From: Chloroflexi bacterium RBG_16_70_13
Lineage (GTDB): Bacteria > Chloroflexota > Limnocylindria > Limnocylindrales > CSP1-4
DNA: 24,619 bases
Reading direction: 5' to 3'
Assembly (NCBI GenBank): GCA_001795245.1
Contig: MGOD01000043.1
Location: forward strand, 78,724 to 103,342
Positions 8,712 through 17,306 of this stretch are shown piece by piece. The notes beneath the pieces are model-generated. The model saw only the letters and a list, made by a program, of their open reading frames with translations. It was not told where the DNA came from and searched no databases. The position numbers and the translations under genes are program-made. Every line of letters starts with the position of its first letter. Position 1 is the stretch's first letter.

Positions 8712-9323
8712 TCAGCGGCCGAGGAGCGATTCCACGACCGGCAGGATCCGCTCGACCCAGAGGGCGTACTGCGCGCCGCTGGGGTGGAGGCCGTCGCGGG
8801 CCACGAGCGACCGATCCGTCGCCGCGCGGAAGGACAGGTCGTGGATGTCGACGACCACGATCCCGCGGGCCTCGGCCTGGCCGGCGAGGACCGCGTTGAA
8901 GGTCCGGATCCCGGCCGCCTGCGTGGCCGGGTCGCCGTAGTCGGCCCCGGCCGGCGTCACCGTGTAGTCGGGCGTCGTGACGACGACGATCCGGTCCGCC
9001 CCGACCCTGGCAACGAGCGCGTCGAGGATGCCCCCGACGTTGCGCCGATAGGTCGCCTCGGGGACGCCCTGGACGACGTCGTTGACACCGATCAGGACCG
9101 TCACGAAGTCCGGTTCAAGCCCATCGAGGGCCGGCAATTCGACAGCGATGACGTCGGCCGAGGTGAAGCCGTTGACGGCCAGGTTGGCGACCAGCCCGAC
9201 TGTCGGCGGCGCGGGGCCGAGCGCTGCCACCAGCTGATCCGGCCAGCGCTCGTGGGCGCCGACCGAAGTCCCGATCGTGTAGGAATCGCCGAGGGCGACG
9301 TAGCGGAGGACATCGCCGGTCAC
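8712..9323 (-). CDS. SGNH/GDSL hydrolase; probably extends upstream to ~9485 as a lipoprotein (see findings)
   Basis: Block I ALGDSYT, block II NLAVNGFT, block III LIGVND, block V DGLHPS. Confidence 0.9.
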   Translation of the reverse strand: MTGDVLRYVALGDSYTIGTSVGAHERWPDQLVAALGPAPPTVGLVANLAVNGFTSADVIAVELPALDGLEPDFVTVLIGVNDVVQGVPEATYRRNVGGILDALVARVGADRIVVVTTPDYTVTPAGADYGDPATQAAGIRTFNAVLAGQAEARGIVVVDIHDLSFRAATDRSLVARDGLHPSGAQYALWVERILPVVESLLGR

Positions 9324-9494
9324 AGCCGACGGGTCCCGGCTCGCAGCGCCTGGAGCCGGGCTCGTCGCCGCGGTTCCGGGGACGCTTGCCGGCGCCGGGG
9401 CCGAGGACGTCGCGGTCCCGCAGCCGGCGAGGATGGCGAGCAGCGTCCCTCCGACGGCCAGGTGGGCACCGACGCCGCGCCTCGTGGCCGGATC

Positions 9495-10538
9495 CTAGGG
9501 CAGCCGCCCGAAGGCATCGACGAGGATCCCCTCGAACCGCTCGCGCTCGATCCTGATGCCGACGTCCGCGTTCGGCTCGAGCCCCTGGCGGCGCATCCGG
9601 TGGGCCAGGCCCTCGCAGACCGTCCGGCCCCGGGCCGGGCCGTCCGTCGTATCGACCCGGACGTTGTAGCGGGCGACGGCGACGAGATCCTCGATCGCGA
9701 GGTGGGCCACGGCGACCGCGTCATGGATCGCGGTCGTGGTTCCCCCATACCACTGGCCGACACGCTCGATGGCGAACTCGACGAGCTCGGCGGCGATCGC
9801 CGCGGAAGCCGTGCCGGTCGCCCGGAGCCGCGCCGCGGCCGCCGCGTCGAGGGTCGCCATGTGGGTCACGTCGAGGCCCATCATCGTCATCGGGATGCCC
9901 GACCGGAAGACGATCTCGGCCGCCTCGGGATCGGCGTAGATGTTGAACTCGGCCGAGATCGTGGTGTTCCCCTCCCCGATCGAGCCGCCCATGATCGAGA
10001 GATGGGCGATCCGCTCGGCAAGGCCGGGATGGAGACGGAGCAGGAGGGCGATGTTCGTGAGCGGGCCGATCGGCGCGATGGCGACGGGGAGGGACGCCTC
10101 GCGGAGGAGCCGGGCGATGAGCTCGACCGCGCCTTCCGGCCGGGGCGCTGCCGTGGACGGCGGCAGGACCGTCCGCCCGATGCCGCCCTCGCCGTGGATC
10201 GCGGTCGCCCGGACGACCTCTCCGGTCAACGGACCGGCCGCGCCCTCGGCGACCGGGATGTCCGGCCGGCCGTAGACCTCGAGGAGCCGGAGCGCGTTCT
10301 CGGTGCAGTGGCGGACGTCGGCGTTTCCGCCGACGGTCGTCACGGCCAGCAGGTCGAGCTCCGGGCGGGCGATGGCGAGGCCGATGGCGAGCGCGTCGTC
10401 GAGGCCCGGGTCGCTGTCGATGATGAGCGGGAGCGGCCGCTCGACGGTCCCGAGGGGAGCCGAGCGCACCACCGCCGGCACCGGGAAGAACGTTGGGCTG
10501 GCGACGATGCGGTCGCCTTCGGTCAGGCCGAACGCCAC
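9495..10538 (-). CDS. Nucleoside hydrolase (inosine/uridine-preferring family); start position uncertain
   Basis: IIDSDPGLDDA Ca-binding motif, TTVGGN, IHGEGG, PIGPLTNIA, MGGS..GN..AEFNIYADPEAA, GLDVTH, IHDAVAV. Confidence 0.93.
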   Translation of the reverse strand: MAFGLTEGDRIVASPTFFPVPAVVRSAPLGTVERPLPLIIDSDPGLDDALAIGLAIARPELDLLAVTTVGGNADVRHCTENALRLLEVYGRPDIPVAEGAAGPLTGEVVRATAIHGEGGIGRTVLPPSTAAPRPEGAVELIARLLREASLPVAIAPIGPLTNIALLLRLHPGLAERIAHLSIMGGSIGEGNTTISAEFNIYADPEAAEIVFRSGIPMTMMGLDVTHMATLDAAAAARLRATGTASAAIAAELVEFAIERVGQWYGGTTTAIHDAVAVAHLAIEDLVAVARYNVRVDTTDGPARGRTVCEGLAHRMRRQGLEPNADVGIRIERERFEGILVDAFGRLP

Positions 10539-10541
10539 CCG

Positions 10542-11843
10542 TTAGCCCTGCTCGTAGGGTTGCCCGGCCGACGCCGGGCCGCGGACCCGGCCCACCACGC
10601 CGGCGACGACAACGATGGTCACGACGTACGGGACGCTGTTGAGGAGCTGCGGTGGAACCTGGGCCCCGAGGATCGAGAGCAGCGCCTGGGCCGAGTCGGC
10701 GAAGCCGAAGACGAGCGCGGCAGCGAACGCGCCGATCGGGTGCCAGGCGCCGAAGATCATCGCGGCCAGGGCGATGAAGCCCTTCCCCGCGGTCATCTGC
10801 ATCTGGAAGCTGCCGGCTGTCGCGAGTGGCAGGTACGACCCGGCAAGGCCGCAGATCAGGCCCGCAAAGAGCAGCGCCCGGTAGCGGATCTGCAGGACGT
10901 TGATGCCGACCGTCCCGGCCGCGGCCGGCTTCTCGCCTGACGCCCGGAGCCGCAGGCCCCACCTCGTCCGGTAGATGAGGTAGGTCAGGACGAGGACGAG
11001 GATGATGCTGAGGTAGACGTACGGCCGGAGGGAGAACAGCAGCGGCCCGAGCACCGGGATTTCGGACAGGAACGGCAGCTGCATGGCCGAGACGTTGGGC
11101 GGCGTGTTGAGCTCGGGGCTACTGCCGAGGACGCGCAGGAACAGGAAGTTCGTGATCCCGACCGCGCCGATGTTGATGACCGTCCCGGCGATGATCTGGT
11201 CGACCCGGTGACGGATCCCGAGCCAGGCCAGGAGGAGGCCGAGGAGGCCGCCCGCGATCATTGCCGCGGAGACGCCGGCAACGGTGGCCGCGAACATGTT
11301 CCCGGTGGCCCCGAGGACGACGCTCCCGACGACCACGGAGACGCACGCCCCGATGAGCATCTTGCCCTCGAGGGCGATGTTGAACATCCCGCTGCGCTCG
11401 GACAGGATGCCGGCCAGGGCGCCGAGCGTGAGCGGGGTGGCCAGCTCGAAGCTGCCGCTCAAGACACGGGTGAGGTTTGCCGTCGTGCCGTTGAGCAGTG
11501 CGCCGAGGATCACCGTGACGTACGGCGCGAGGAGGACGAGCAGCCACGGCCGCCACCGGAACGTGGCGCCGCGCCACAGCTGGAGGGCCCCGACCAGCGC
11601 CGCGGCGAGACCGGCGATCATCCACAACAGGCCGACGCTGGTCGCGACCTCGAACGTCTCCCGACCCGTGGTGTAGATCCGGAAGCCGAAGATCGCAGGG
11701 GTCTGGAAGGAGCTGGACGCGAAGTAGAAGGAGGCGACGCCGAGGGCGAGGAAGGTCGCCCCTCTGATCCGGGCATCGCGTAGGGCGCGCCGGGCCGCCA
11801 GGCCCTCGCCATGAGGCAGGGGGCTCGCGACGGCCGCGCTCAT
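10542..11843 (-). CDS. ABC transporter permease 2 (BPD_transp_2, nucleoside-type), 433 aa
   Basis: True start is the ATG at 11843 overlapping the upstream stop (ATGA); the track's 844-aa ORF is over-extended. Motifs SERSGMFNIALEG, VDQIIAGTVIN, RTRWGLRLRASGEKP, GKGFIALAAMIFGAWHP. Confidence 0.9.
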   Translation of the reverse strand: MSAAVASPLPHGEGLAARRALRDARIRGATFLALGVASFYFASSSFQTPAIFGFRIYTTGRETFEVATSVGLLWMIAGLAAALVGALQLWRGATFRWRPWLLVLLAPYVTVILGALLNGTTANLTRVLSGSFELATPLTLGALAGILSERSGMFNIALEGKMLIGACVSVVVGSVVLGATGNMFAATVAGVSAAMIAGGLLGLLLAWLGIRHRVDQIIAGTVINIGAVGITNFLFLRVLGSSPELNTPPNVSAMQLPFLSEIPVLGPLLFSLRPYVYLSIILVLVLTYLIYRTRWGLRLRASGEKPAAAGTVGINVLQIRYRALLFAGLICGLAGSYLPLATAGSFQMQMTAGKGFIALAAMIFGAWHPIGAFAAALVFGFADSAQALLSILGAQVPPQLLNSVPYVVTIVVVAGVVGRVRGPASAGQPYEQG

Positions 11844-13060
11844 ACCGGCTCCGCCGGCGCGGTCGGCGCCACCGAGGCGACCTCTGGTGCGGGTTTGGGC
11901 ACCCGGACCCGCCAGATCGAGCGGATGAGGCCGGGAGCGGCCACGAACATGATGACCATGGCCATGATGAAGAACAGCAGGTCGAACGGGATCCCGGACT
12001 GGATTCCCATGACCTTGCCGCCGGTCGTGAGCGCCCCGAACAGGAGCCCGGCCGCGACGACGCCGCTCGGGCGAAGGCCGGCGAGCAGGGCCAGCGCGAT
12101 GGCGTTGAAGCCGATGCCACCGGACAGGTCGTTCGTGAGCTGGCCGGTAGCCCCGATGACGAGGAACCCACCGCCCATCCCCGCGAGCCCGCCGGACAGG
12201 GTCATCCCGAGCATCATCGAGCCGCCGGCGCTCATCCCGGCGTACCGGGCCGCGGTCATGTTGAAGCCGGCTGCCCGGAGCTCGTAGCCCTTCGTCGTCC
12301 GGAACAGCAGAAGCGACACGGCCGCCGCCATGACCATGGCGGCGACGAAGCCGTAGTCGAGCCGGATCGCCGGGAGGCTGATGATCGAGGGGACGTCGAC
12401 CCAGGCCGACATGTTCTTCGAGATCGGCTGCGAGCTGCCTGGAGCCCGAAGGGCCGGCCCGAGCAGCGCGAACAGCACGACCTGCGCCCCGATGTAGTTG
12501 AGCATGATCGTGGTGATGACCTCGTGGGCGCCCGTCCGGGCCTTGAGGAACCCGGGGATGAAGCCCCACAAGCCGCCGAACACGACCGACGCGGCGATCG
12601 CGATGACGAGGATCACGAGCGACGGCAGGCCCGAGGTCTGGAGTCCGACCCCGACGATCGTCGCCCCCAGAGCGCCCACGATCAGCTGGCCGTCGCCGCC
12701 GATGTTGAACATGCCCGTCCGGAATGAGATCGCGACGGCGAGGCCCACGAAGATGAGCGGCGTGGCCGCGACGAGCGTCTCGGTGATCGGCCGGATCGCC
12801 GTGGCGATGGTTCGGTCGCTCGGGTTCTCGAACGCCAACCTGATCCGCTCCGGGTCTCCGAACGCGCCGGTGAGCATCGCGCCATAGCCGTTGAAGACGC
12901 CGCCGACCGCCGCGCCGATGGCTCCGAGCGGGTCGGTCCCGATCCGCGACAGGTTTTCGAAGTCGGTGAGAATGATCACGACCGCGCCGAGCAGCAGCGC
13001 CGTCACCACGGCCAGGCTCGGGACGATGGCCCGCCGCAGGAGGCTCCTCAGCGACTTCAC
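11840..13060 (-). CDS. ABC transporter permease 1 (BPD_transp_2, nucleoside-type), 406 aa
   Basis: FRTGMFNIGGDGQ, GAHEVITTIMLNYI, GYELRAAGFN..AARYAG, GFNAIALALLA. GTGA overlap with the ATPase stop. Confidence 0.92.
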   Translation of the reverse strand: MKSLRSLLRRAIVPSLAVVTALLLGAVVIILTDFENLSRIGTDPLGAIGAAVGGVFNGYGAMLTGAFGDPERIRLAFENPSDRTIATAIRPITETLVAATPLIFVGLAVAISFRTGMFNIGGDGQLIVGALGATIVGVGLQTSGLPSLVILVIAIAASVVFGGLWGFIPGFLKARTGAHEVITTIMLNYIGAQVVLFALLGPALRAPGSSQPISKNMSAWVDVPSIISLPAIRLDYGFVAAMVMAAAVSLLLFRTTKGYELRAAGFNMTAARYAGMSAGGSMMLGMTLSGGLAGMGGGFLVIGATGQLTNDLSGGIGFNAIALALLAGLRPSGVVAAGLLFGALTTGGKVMGIQSGIPFDLLFFIMAMVIMFVAAPGLIRSIWRVRVPKPAPEVASVAPTAPAEPV

Positions 13061-14583
13061 GCGGCCGTGCCCTCACCGAACTTCGCGCCGCCCATGAGCA
13101 GGCCGAGATTCTCGAGAGTCGCGTCGTCGCCGCTCAGGATCCCCACGATCCGGCCGTCGAACATGACCGCGATCCGGTCGCCGACGGCCAGGACCTCGTC
13201 GAGCTCCGTGCTCACGATGACGATCGCCGCACCGGCGTCGCGCTGCTCAACGATCCGGCGATGGATGTACTCGATCGAGCCGACGTCGAGGCCGCGCGTC
13301 GGCTGGGCGGCGATGACAAGCTGGACGGGCACCGAGAACTCGCGCGCCACCACCACCTTCTGCTGGTTGCCGCCGGACAGCGCCGTCACCAGCGTCCGGA
13401 TCGACGGCGTCCGGATGTCGAAGTCCCTGACCCCCTGGGTTGCGCGCTCGTCCACGGCCTTGAGGTCGAAGACGCCGCGACGGCTGTACGGCTGGCGATG
13501 GTAGGTGTCGAGGATGTAGTTCTCGGCGACGCTCATGAAGGCGATGAGGCCGTCCCGGCCGCGGTCCTCCGGGATGTGCGCGACACCCAGGTCGGAGACC
13601 TGCCGAGGGGTGGCCTTCTCGACATGCCGACCGCCGATCGTGATCTCGCCGGAGTCGATCGTCCGAAGCCCGGTGATCGCCTCGACGAGCTCGGTCTGGC
13701 CGTTACCCTGAACGCCGGCGATCGCGAGGATCTCGCCGGCCCGGACGTCCAGGTCGACGCTCTTGACGGCCAGCTCCAGGCGATCGTCTCGGACTACGAG
13801 GTCCTTGATGTTGAGGACCACGTCGCCCGGCTTCGCGGGCCCCTTCGGAACGATCAGCTCGACGTCACGGCCGACCATCAAGTTCGCAAGCTCCTGGCGC
13901 GTCGCCGTCTTAGGGTCCGCCGTTCCGGCGACCCGGCCGCGCCGGAGGACCACGATCTTGTCTGCGACCTCGATCACTTCGTTGAGCTTGTGGGTGATGA
14001 AGATGACGGTCGTGCCCGACGCAGCCAGCGACCGGATGATCCCGAAGAGCTCCTCGGTCTCGCTCGGGGTCAGGACCGCGCTCGGCTCGTCGAGGACGAG
14101 GATGTCGCTCTGGCGGTAGAGGGCTTTCAGGATCTCGACACGCTGCCGAACGCCGACCGGCAGGGTCTCGATCTTCAGATCGGGATTGACGTTGAGCTTG
14201 TACCGCTCAGACAGCTCGACGATGCGACGGCGCGCGGCGGCTCGATCGAAGGTGTGAAGGGGGCCGCGGACCGTCTCTGCACCGAGGGCCACCGCCTCGA
14301 CGACGTCGAAGACCGGGACGAGCATGAAATGCTGATGGACCATCCCGACGCCGGCCGCGATCGCGGCGTGCGGGTCACTGAAGACCCGAGGCTGGTCGTC
14401 GACGAGGATCTCGCCCGAGTCCGGCTTGTACAGGCCGGACAGGATGTTCATCAGCGTCGTCTTGCCGGCGCCGTTCTCACCGAGCAGGCCCAGGACCTGG
14501 CCCTTGTCGACCGAGATCGAGATCCTGTCGTTGGCCAGGACGCCCGGGAACCGCTTCGTGATCTCGCGAAGTTCGAGCCGCAT
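13057..14583 (-). CDS. ABC transporter ATP-binding protein, tandem-NBD CUT2/nucleoside type (508 aa)
   Basis: Walker A GENGAGKTT, GMVHQHF, LVLDEPSAVLTP, FITHKL, LSGGNQQK, AQPTRGLDVG. Confidence 0.95.
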   Translation of the reverse strand: MRLELREITKRFPGVLANDRISISVDKGQVLGLLGENGAGKTTLMNILSGLYKPDSGEILVDDQPRVFSDPHAAIAAGVGMVHQHFMLVPVFDVVEAVALGAETVRGPLHTFDRAAARRRIVELSERYKLNVNPDLKIETLPVGVRQRVEILKALYRQSDILVLDEPSAVLTPSETEELFGIIRSLAASGTTVIFITHKLNEVIEVADKIVVLRRGRVAGTADPKTATRQELANLMVGRDVELIVPKGPAKPGDVVLNIKDLVVRDDRLELAVKSVDLDVRAGEILAIAGVQGNGQTELVEAITGLRTIDSGEITIGGRHVEKATPRQVSDLGVAHIPEDRGRDGLIAFMSVAENYILDTYHRQPYSRRGVFDLKAVDERATQGVRDFDIRTPSIRTLVTALSGGNQQKVVVAREFSVPVQLVIAAQPTRGLDVGSIEYIHRRIVEQRDAGAAIVIVSTELDEVLAVGDRIAVMFDGRIVGILSGDDATLENLGLLMGGAKFGEGTAA

Positions 14584-14615
14584 CGCGGGGCTGCCCTCAG
14601 CTCAGGGATGGAACC

Positions 14616-14647
14616 CGCCCCCGGCCCGCGAGTGCGGGCCGGGGGCG
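14616..14647. repeat. Perfect 14-bp GC hairpin between the binding-protein and ATPase genes (mRNA stabiliser or partial terminator)
   Basis: CGCCCCCGGCCCGC (14616-14629), 4-nt loop, GCGGGCCGGGGGCG (14634-14647). No U-tract follows on the minus strand. Confidence 0.75.
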
Positions 14648-14677
14648 AAGATGGGGCGCTAGTTCTGCGGCTGGATG

Positions 14678-15847
14678 TCAGTCGCAGCCGCGGGCGAGGT
14701 ACTCGCAGACGGAGATCTGGCCGCTGACGATCATTCCCCGGAGTTCCTCGATCTCGGCCTTGAGCTCGGCCGAGATGTCGTCCTCGTAGTCGTGGTACGG
14801 CGAGAGCAGCACGCCGTCGTTGGCGAGGATCCCGGCGTAGTCCGTACCGCCAAGGTACCCGCCCTCGACCTGGTTGAAGAAGTCGAGGACCGAGACGTCG
14901 ATGGCCTTCTGGGCCGACGTCAGCAGGGCCGCATTGGTGGGCGCGCCCAAGCTGATGTACTGGTCTGTGTCGACGCCGATCGCCCACAGGCCGTTGTCGT
15001 TCATCGCCTTGATCGAGCCGTTGCCGGTGGCGCCGGCGACCGGATGGACGATGTCGACGCCCTGATCGATGAGCGTCTGGGCGAGCTGCTCGCCCTTGGC
15101 CGGGTCGTTCCAGGGGTTGTCGCCGCCGACGAACGTCCCGCTCGAGTCGCCGTCCCAGCCGAGGAGCTCGACGGTGGTGCTGTGAACCTCGTTGTAACGG
15201 GCGATGCCGGCGTACATGCCGTCCATGAAACGGGTGACGCCCGGGAACTGCTGGCCGCCGTAGGTGCCGATCTTCCCGGTCTTCGTGTACCCGGCCGCCA
15301 GATAGCCGGCGAGCATCGCCGCCTGGTCGATGTGGTAGTCGAGACCCGTGAAGTTCGCCGGATGCGGGGTGTCATCCTCGTTGCCGCAGGTGAAGTCCGG
15401 TCCGCACAGGTTCCAGGCCGTGTCGACCTGGGCGAACGCGAGATCGGGGTAGAGCTCGGTCGCGGCGGCCGTGGCATCGCCCTGGAGGAAGCCGACGGTC
15501 ACGATCGCCGTACAACCCTGGTCGACGAGGCGGGTGATGTTCGCCGCGTAGTCGGTCGCGCCCTGCGCCTCGCTGAAGTGCGTCGTGAAGCCGGCCGCCT
15601 CCGCGTCATCGAGGCCCTTCTTTGCGAGGTCGTTGAAGTTGCGGTCGCCGAGGCCGCCCGTGTCAAAGGCCACGCAGGCCACGGTGGTCTTGGCCGTCGG
15701 CGCCTCGGTCGGCGTGGGCTCCTCCGAGCCCGCGGGCGTCGCGGTCGGGGTGGCGCCGGTTGGGGACGGGCTCGCCCCGGGCCCACACGCCGCGAAGGCG
15801 ATGGCTGCGGTCGCGCCGAGCGCGAGCAGCCGCGTGGAGATGCGCAA
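14678..15847 (-). CDS. BMP family (PnrA/TmpC-like) nucleoside-binding lipoprotein
   Basis: Preferred start is TTG at 15847, 6 nt after GGAGGAGGA (15862-15854). Lipobox FAA-C, Pro/Thr linker, GGLGDRNFN, AMLAGYLAA, KIGTYGG, GVDIVHPVAG, AIGVDTDQ. Confidence 0.92.
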   Translation of the reverse strand: MRISTRLLALGATAAIAFAACGPGASPSPTGATPTATPAGSEEPTPTEAPTAKTTVACVAFDTGGLGDRNFNDLAKKGLDDAEAAGFTTHFSEAQGATDYAANITRLVDQGCTAIVTVGFLQGDATAAATELYPDLAFAQVDTAWNLCGPDFTCGNEDDTPHPANFTGLDYHIDQAAMLAGYLAAGYTKTGKIGTYGGQQFPGVTRFMDGMYAGIARYNEVHSTTVELLGWDGDSSGTFVGGDNPWNDPAKGEQLAQTLIDQGVDIVHPVAGATGNGSIKAMNDNGLWAIGVDTDQYISLGAPTNAALLTSAQKAIDVSVLDFFNQVEGGYLGGTDYAGILANDGVLLSPYHDYEDDISAELKAEIEELRGMIVSGQISVCEYLARGCD

Positions 15848-15910
15848 CGTAGATCCTCCTCCAAATGTCAGTCCGGCACGCCTGTTCACGGCATGCCGAT
15901 CGTCCGGCGC

Positions 15911-15970
15911 AGAATACGCTACCCGACGCTGGCGCGTCGACGCTCACATGGGTCTGCGGACCGCTATCTT
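15911..15970. promoter_or_regulatory. Candidate divergent -10 elements: TATTCT (-, 15916-15911) for the ABC operon and TATCTT (+, 15965-15970) for the CoA-binding operon
   Basis: TAnnnT hexamers in the divergent intergenic region, each about 55-65 nt from its start codon. Pattern match only. Confidence 0.35.
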
Positions 15971-16030
15971 GCACCGTCGGAGGCCGCGCTGGAAGGGGTC
16001 CCGGCGACCCGTCAGAGGGATGACCGAACG

Positions 16031-16513
16031 ATGACGATCGACCGCGCCGGCGCCCACCGGCTGGCCGACCTCCTCGATCTTCACGAGGGCCGCCCCGGGG
16101 TCCCGCTGCTCGGGGGCGCAGGGATCCGCGCTTACCTCTCGACGCGACCGCGGATCGCCGTCATCGGCGCCTCACCAGAACCTTGGCGGCCGTCGAACGG
16201 CGTCCTCCGGGACCTCGTGGGGCTCGGCTTCGATGTCGTCCCGGTGAACCCGGCGGCGACGCTTGTCGAAGGCCTGAACTGCTATCCAACCCTCGCCGCG
16301 GCGGTCGAGGCGACCGGACCGATCGATCTCGTCGACGTCTTCCGCCGGGCTGAGGCCTGCCCGGCTCACGCCCGCGAGGCCGTGGCGGTCGGCGCGACCT
16401 GCCTCTGGCTCCAGCTCGGGATCGCCAGCCGGGAGGCCGGCGAGATCGCGGCGGCCGGTGGGCTCGCGGTCGTCATGGACCGCTGCCTTGCGATCGAGGC
16501 GGCCCGCCTGTGA
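16031..16513 (+). CDS. CoA-binding protein (YccU-like), 160 aa
   Basis: C-terminal part of the track's 14675..16513 ORF, from ATG 16031: IAVIGASPEPWRPS..VVPVNP..CYPTL..IDLVDVFRR..LWLQLGI..VVMDRCLAIE. Confidence 0.9.
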   Translation: MTIDRAGAHRLADLLDLHEGRPGVPLLGGAGIRAYLSTRPRIAVIGASPEPWRPSNGVLRDLVGLGFDVVPVNPAATLVEGLNCYPTLAAAVEATGPIDLVDVFRRAEACPAHAREAVAVGATCLWLQLGIASREAGEIAAAGGLAVVMDRCLAIEAARL

Positions 16514-16556
16514 TCGCCGGCCGTTACCGTCGCCCGGCCAGGAGGCGCTGAGGGAC

Positions 16557-17306
16557 GTGGACCGATCCGACTGGTGGACGACCCTGCCCGGCCCCGCGCT
16601 CGAGGCGCTCGGAGAGACGTGGATCCCCATCGGCGCGCCGGGCTTCGCGGGCCGGGAGAAGGCCCGCTGGCGGAGTCTGCTCGACGCGCGCTTCGGCGCC
16701 GACGGCTGGCGGATCGGCCATTTCGTGCGGGGACGGATCGTCCCGCCGGCCGAGGCAATCCTGGAGTACGAGGCCGCCTACCAGGCCTTCCTCCGCGACC
16801 GCCGGCCCCTCGTGGCCTTTCTCGCCGGAACGTGCGGCAACGTCTACGACGACGAAGTCGCGAACGTCTTCTCGGATTCCTACGGTCAGCCCGCGACGCC
16901 CTCCAACCACTACCAGGATGTCGCCGTCCGGCGCGTCATCGCCGCGCTCGCCGACGATCCAGCGTGGCCGGAGGTCCGGCCGACCGAGCCCGGTGACGCC
17001 GATCTCGTCGATCTCGGCACGGGTCGCAGGCATCGCGTGCCCCGGGCGTACGGCTTCGGCGGCGACCATCTCCTCCAGATCCGGGAGCCCGATTCGCCCG
17101 GCTATGCCCTCAGCCCGGCGGTCGTGCCGGTCCACGACCCGGACCTGATCGCGACCCTCCCGGGCCGCCAGGAGTGGTACCACCTCGAGGGCTGCGCCCA
17201 CCTCTCGGTCGAGGCCTTCTGGCAGATGAGCAAGGTCATCGAGGTCCGCTACGACCGGTTCCTGGCCCTCGGGCCGGGCCGGGCCGACCCTCTCGCCGGC
17301 CTGTGA
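16557..17306 (+). CDS. Hypothetical protein (~249 aa), no family recognised
   Basis: GTG at 16557 downstream of AGGAGG/GAGGGA. Typical codon usage, fills the operon gap, and its stop overlaps the next start (GTGA at 17303-17306). Confidence 0.75.
   Translation: MDRSDWWTTLPGPALEALGETWIPIGAPGFAGREKARWRSLLDARFGADGWRIGHFVRGRIVPPAEAILEYEAAYQAFLRDRRPLVAFLAGTCGNVYDDEVANVFSDSYGQPATPSNHYQDVAVRRVIAALADDPAWPEVRPTEPGDADLVDLGTGRRHRVPRAYGFGGDHLLQIREPDSPGYALSPAVVPVHDPDLIATLPGRQEWYHLEGCAHLSVEAFWQMSKVIEVRYDRFLALGPGRADPLAGL

Noticed and set aside
8373-10940. 855-aa + strand ORF
   Set aside because: Antisense to the dnaE 5' end, SGNH and nucleoside hydrolase genes.
10542-13076. Apparent 844-aa fused permease
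   Set aside because: The upstream half is an off-frame read through permease 1; the real gene starts at ATG 11843.
14675-16030. Long N-terminal part of the 612-aa + ORF
   Set aside because: Antisense to the BMP gene; only 16031-16513 encodes the CoA-binding protein.
15848-16030. Purine or other riboswitch upstream of the nucleoside ABC operon
   Set aside because: No recognisable aptamer consensus or terminator, and the predicted leader is short. An Rfam/Infernal scan would be decisive.
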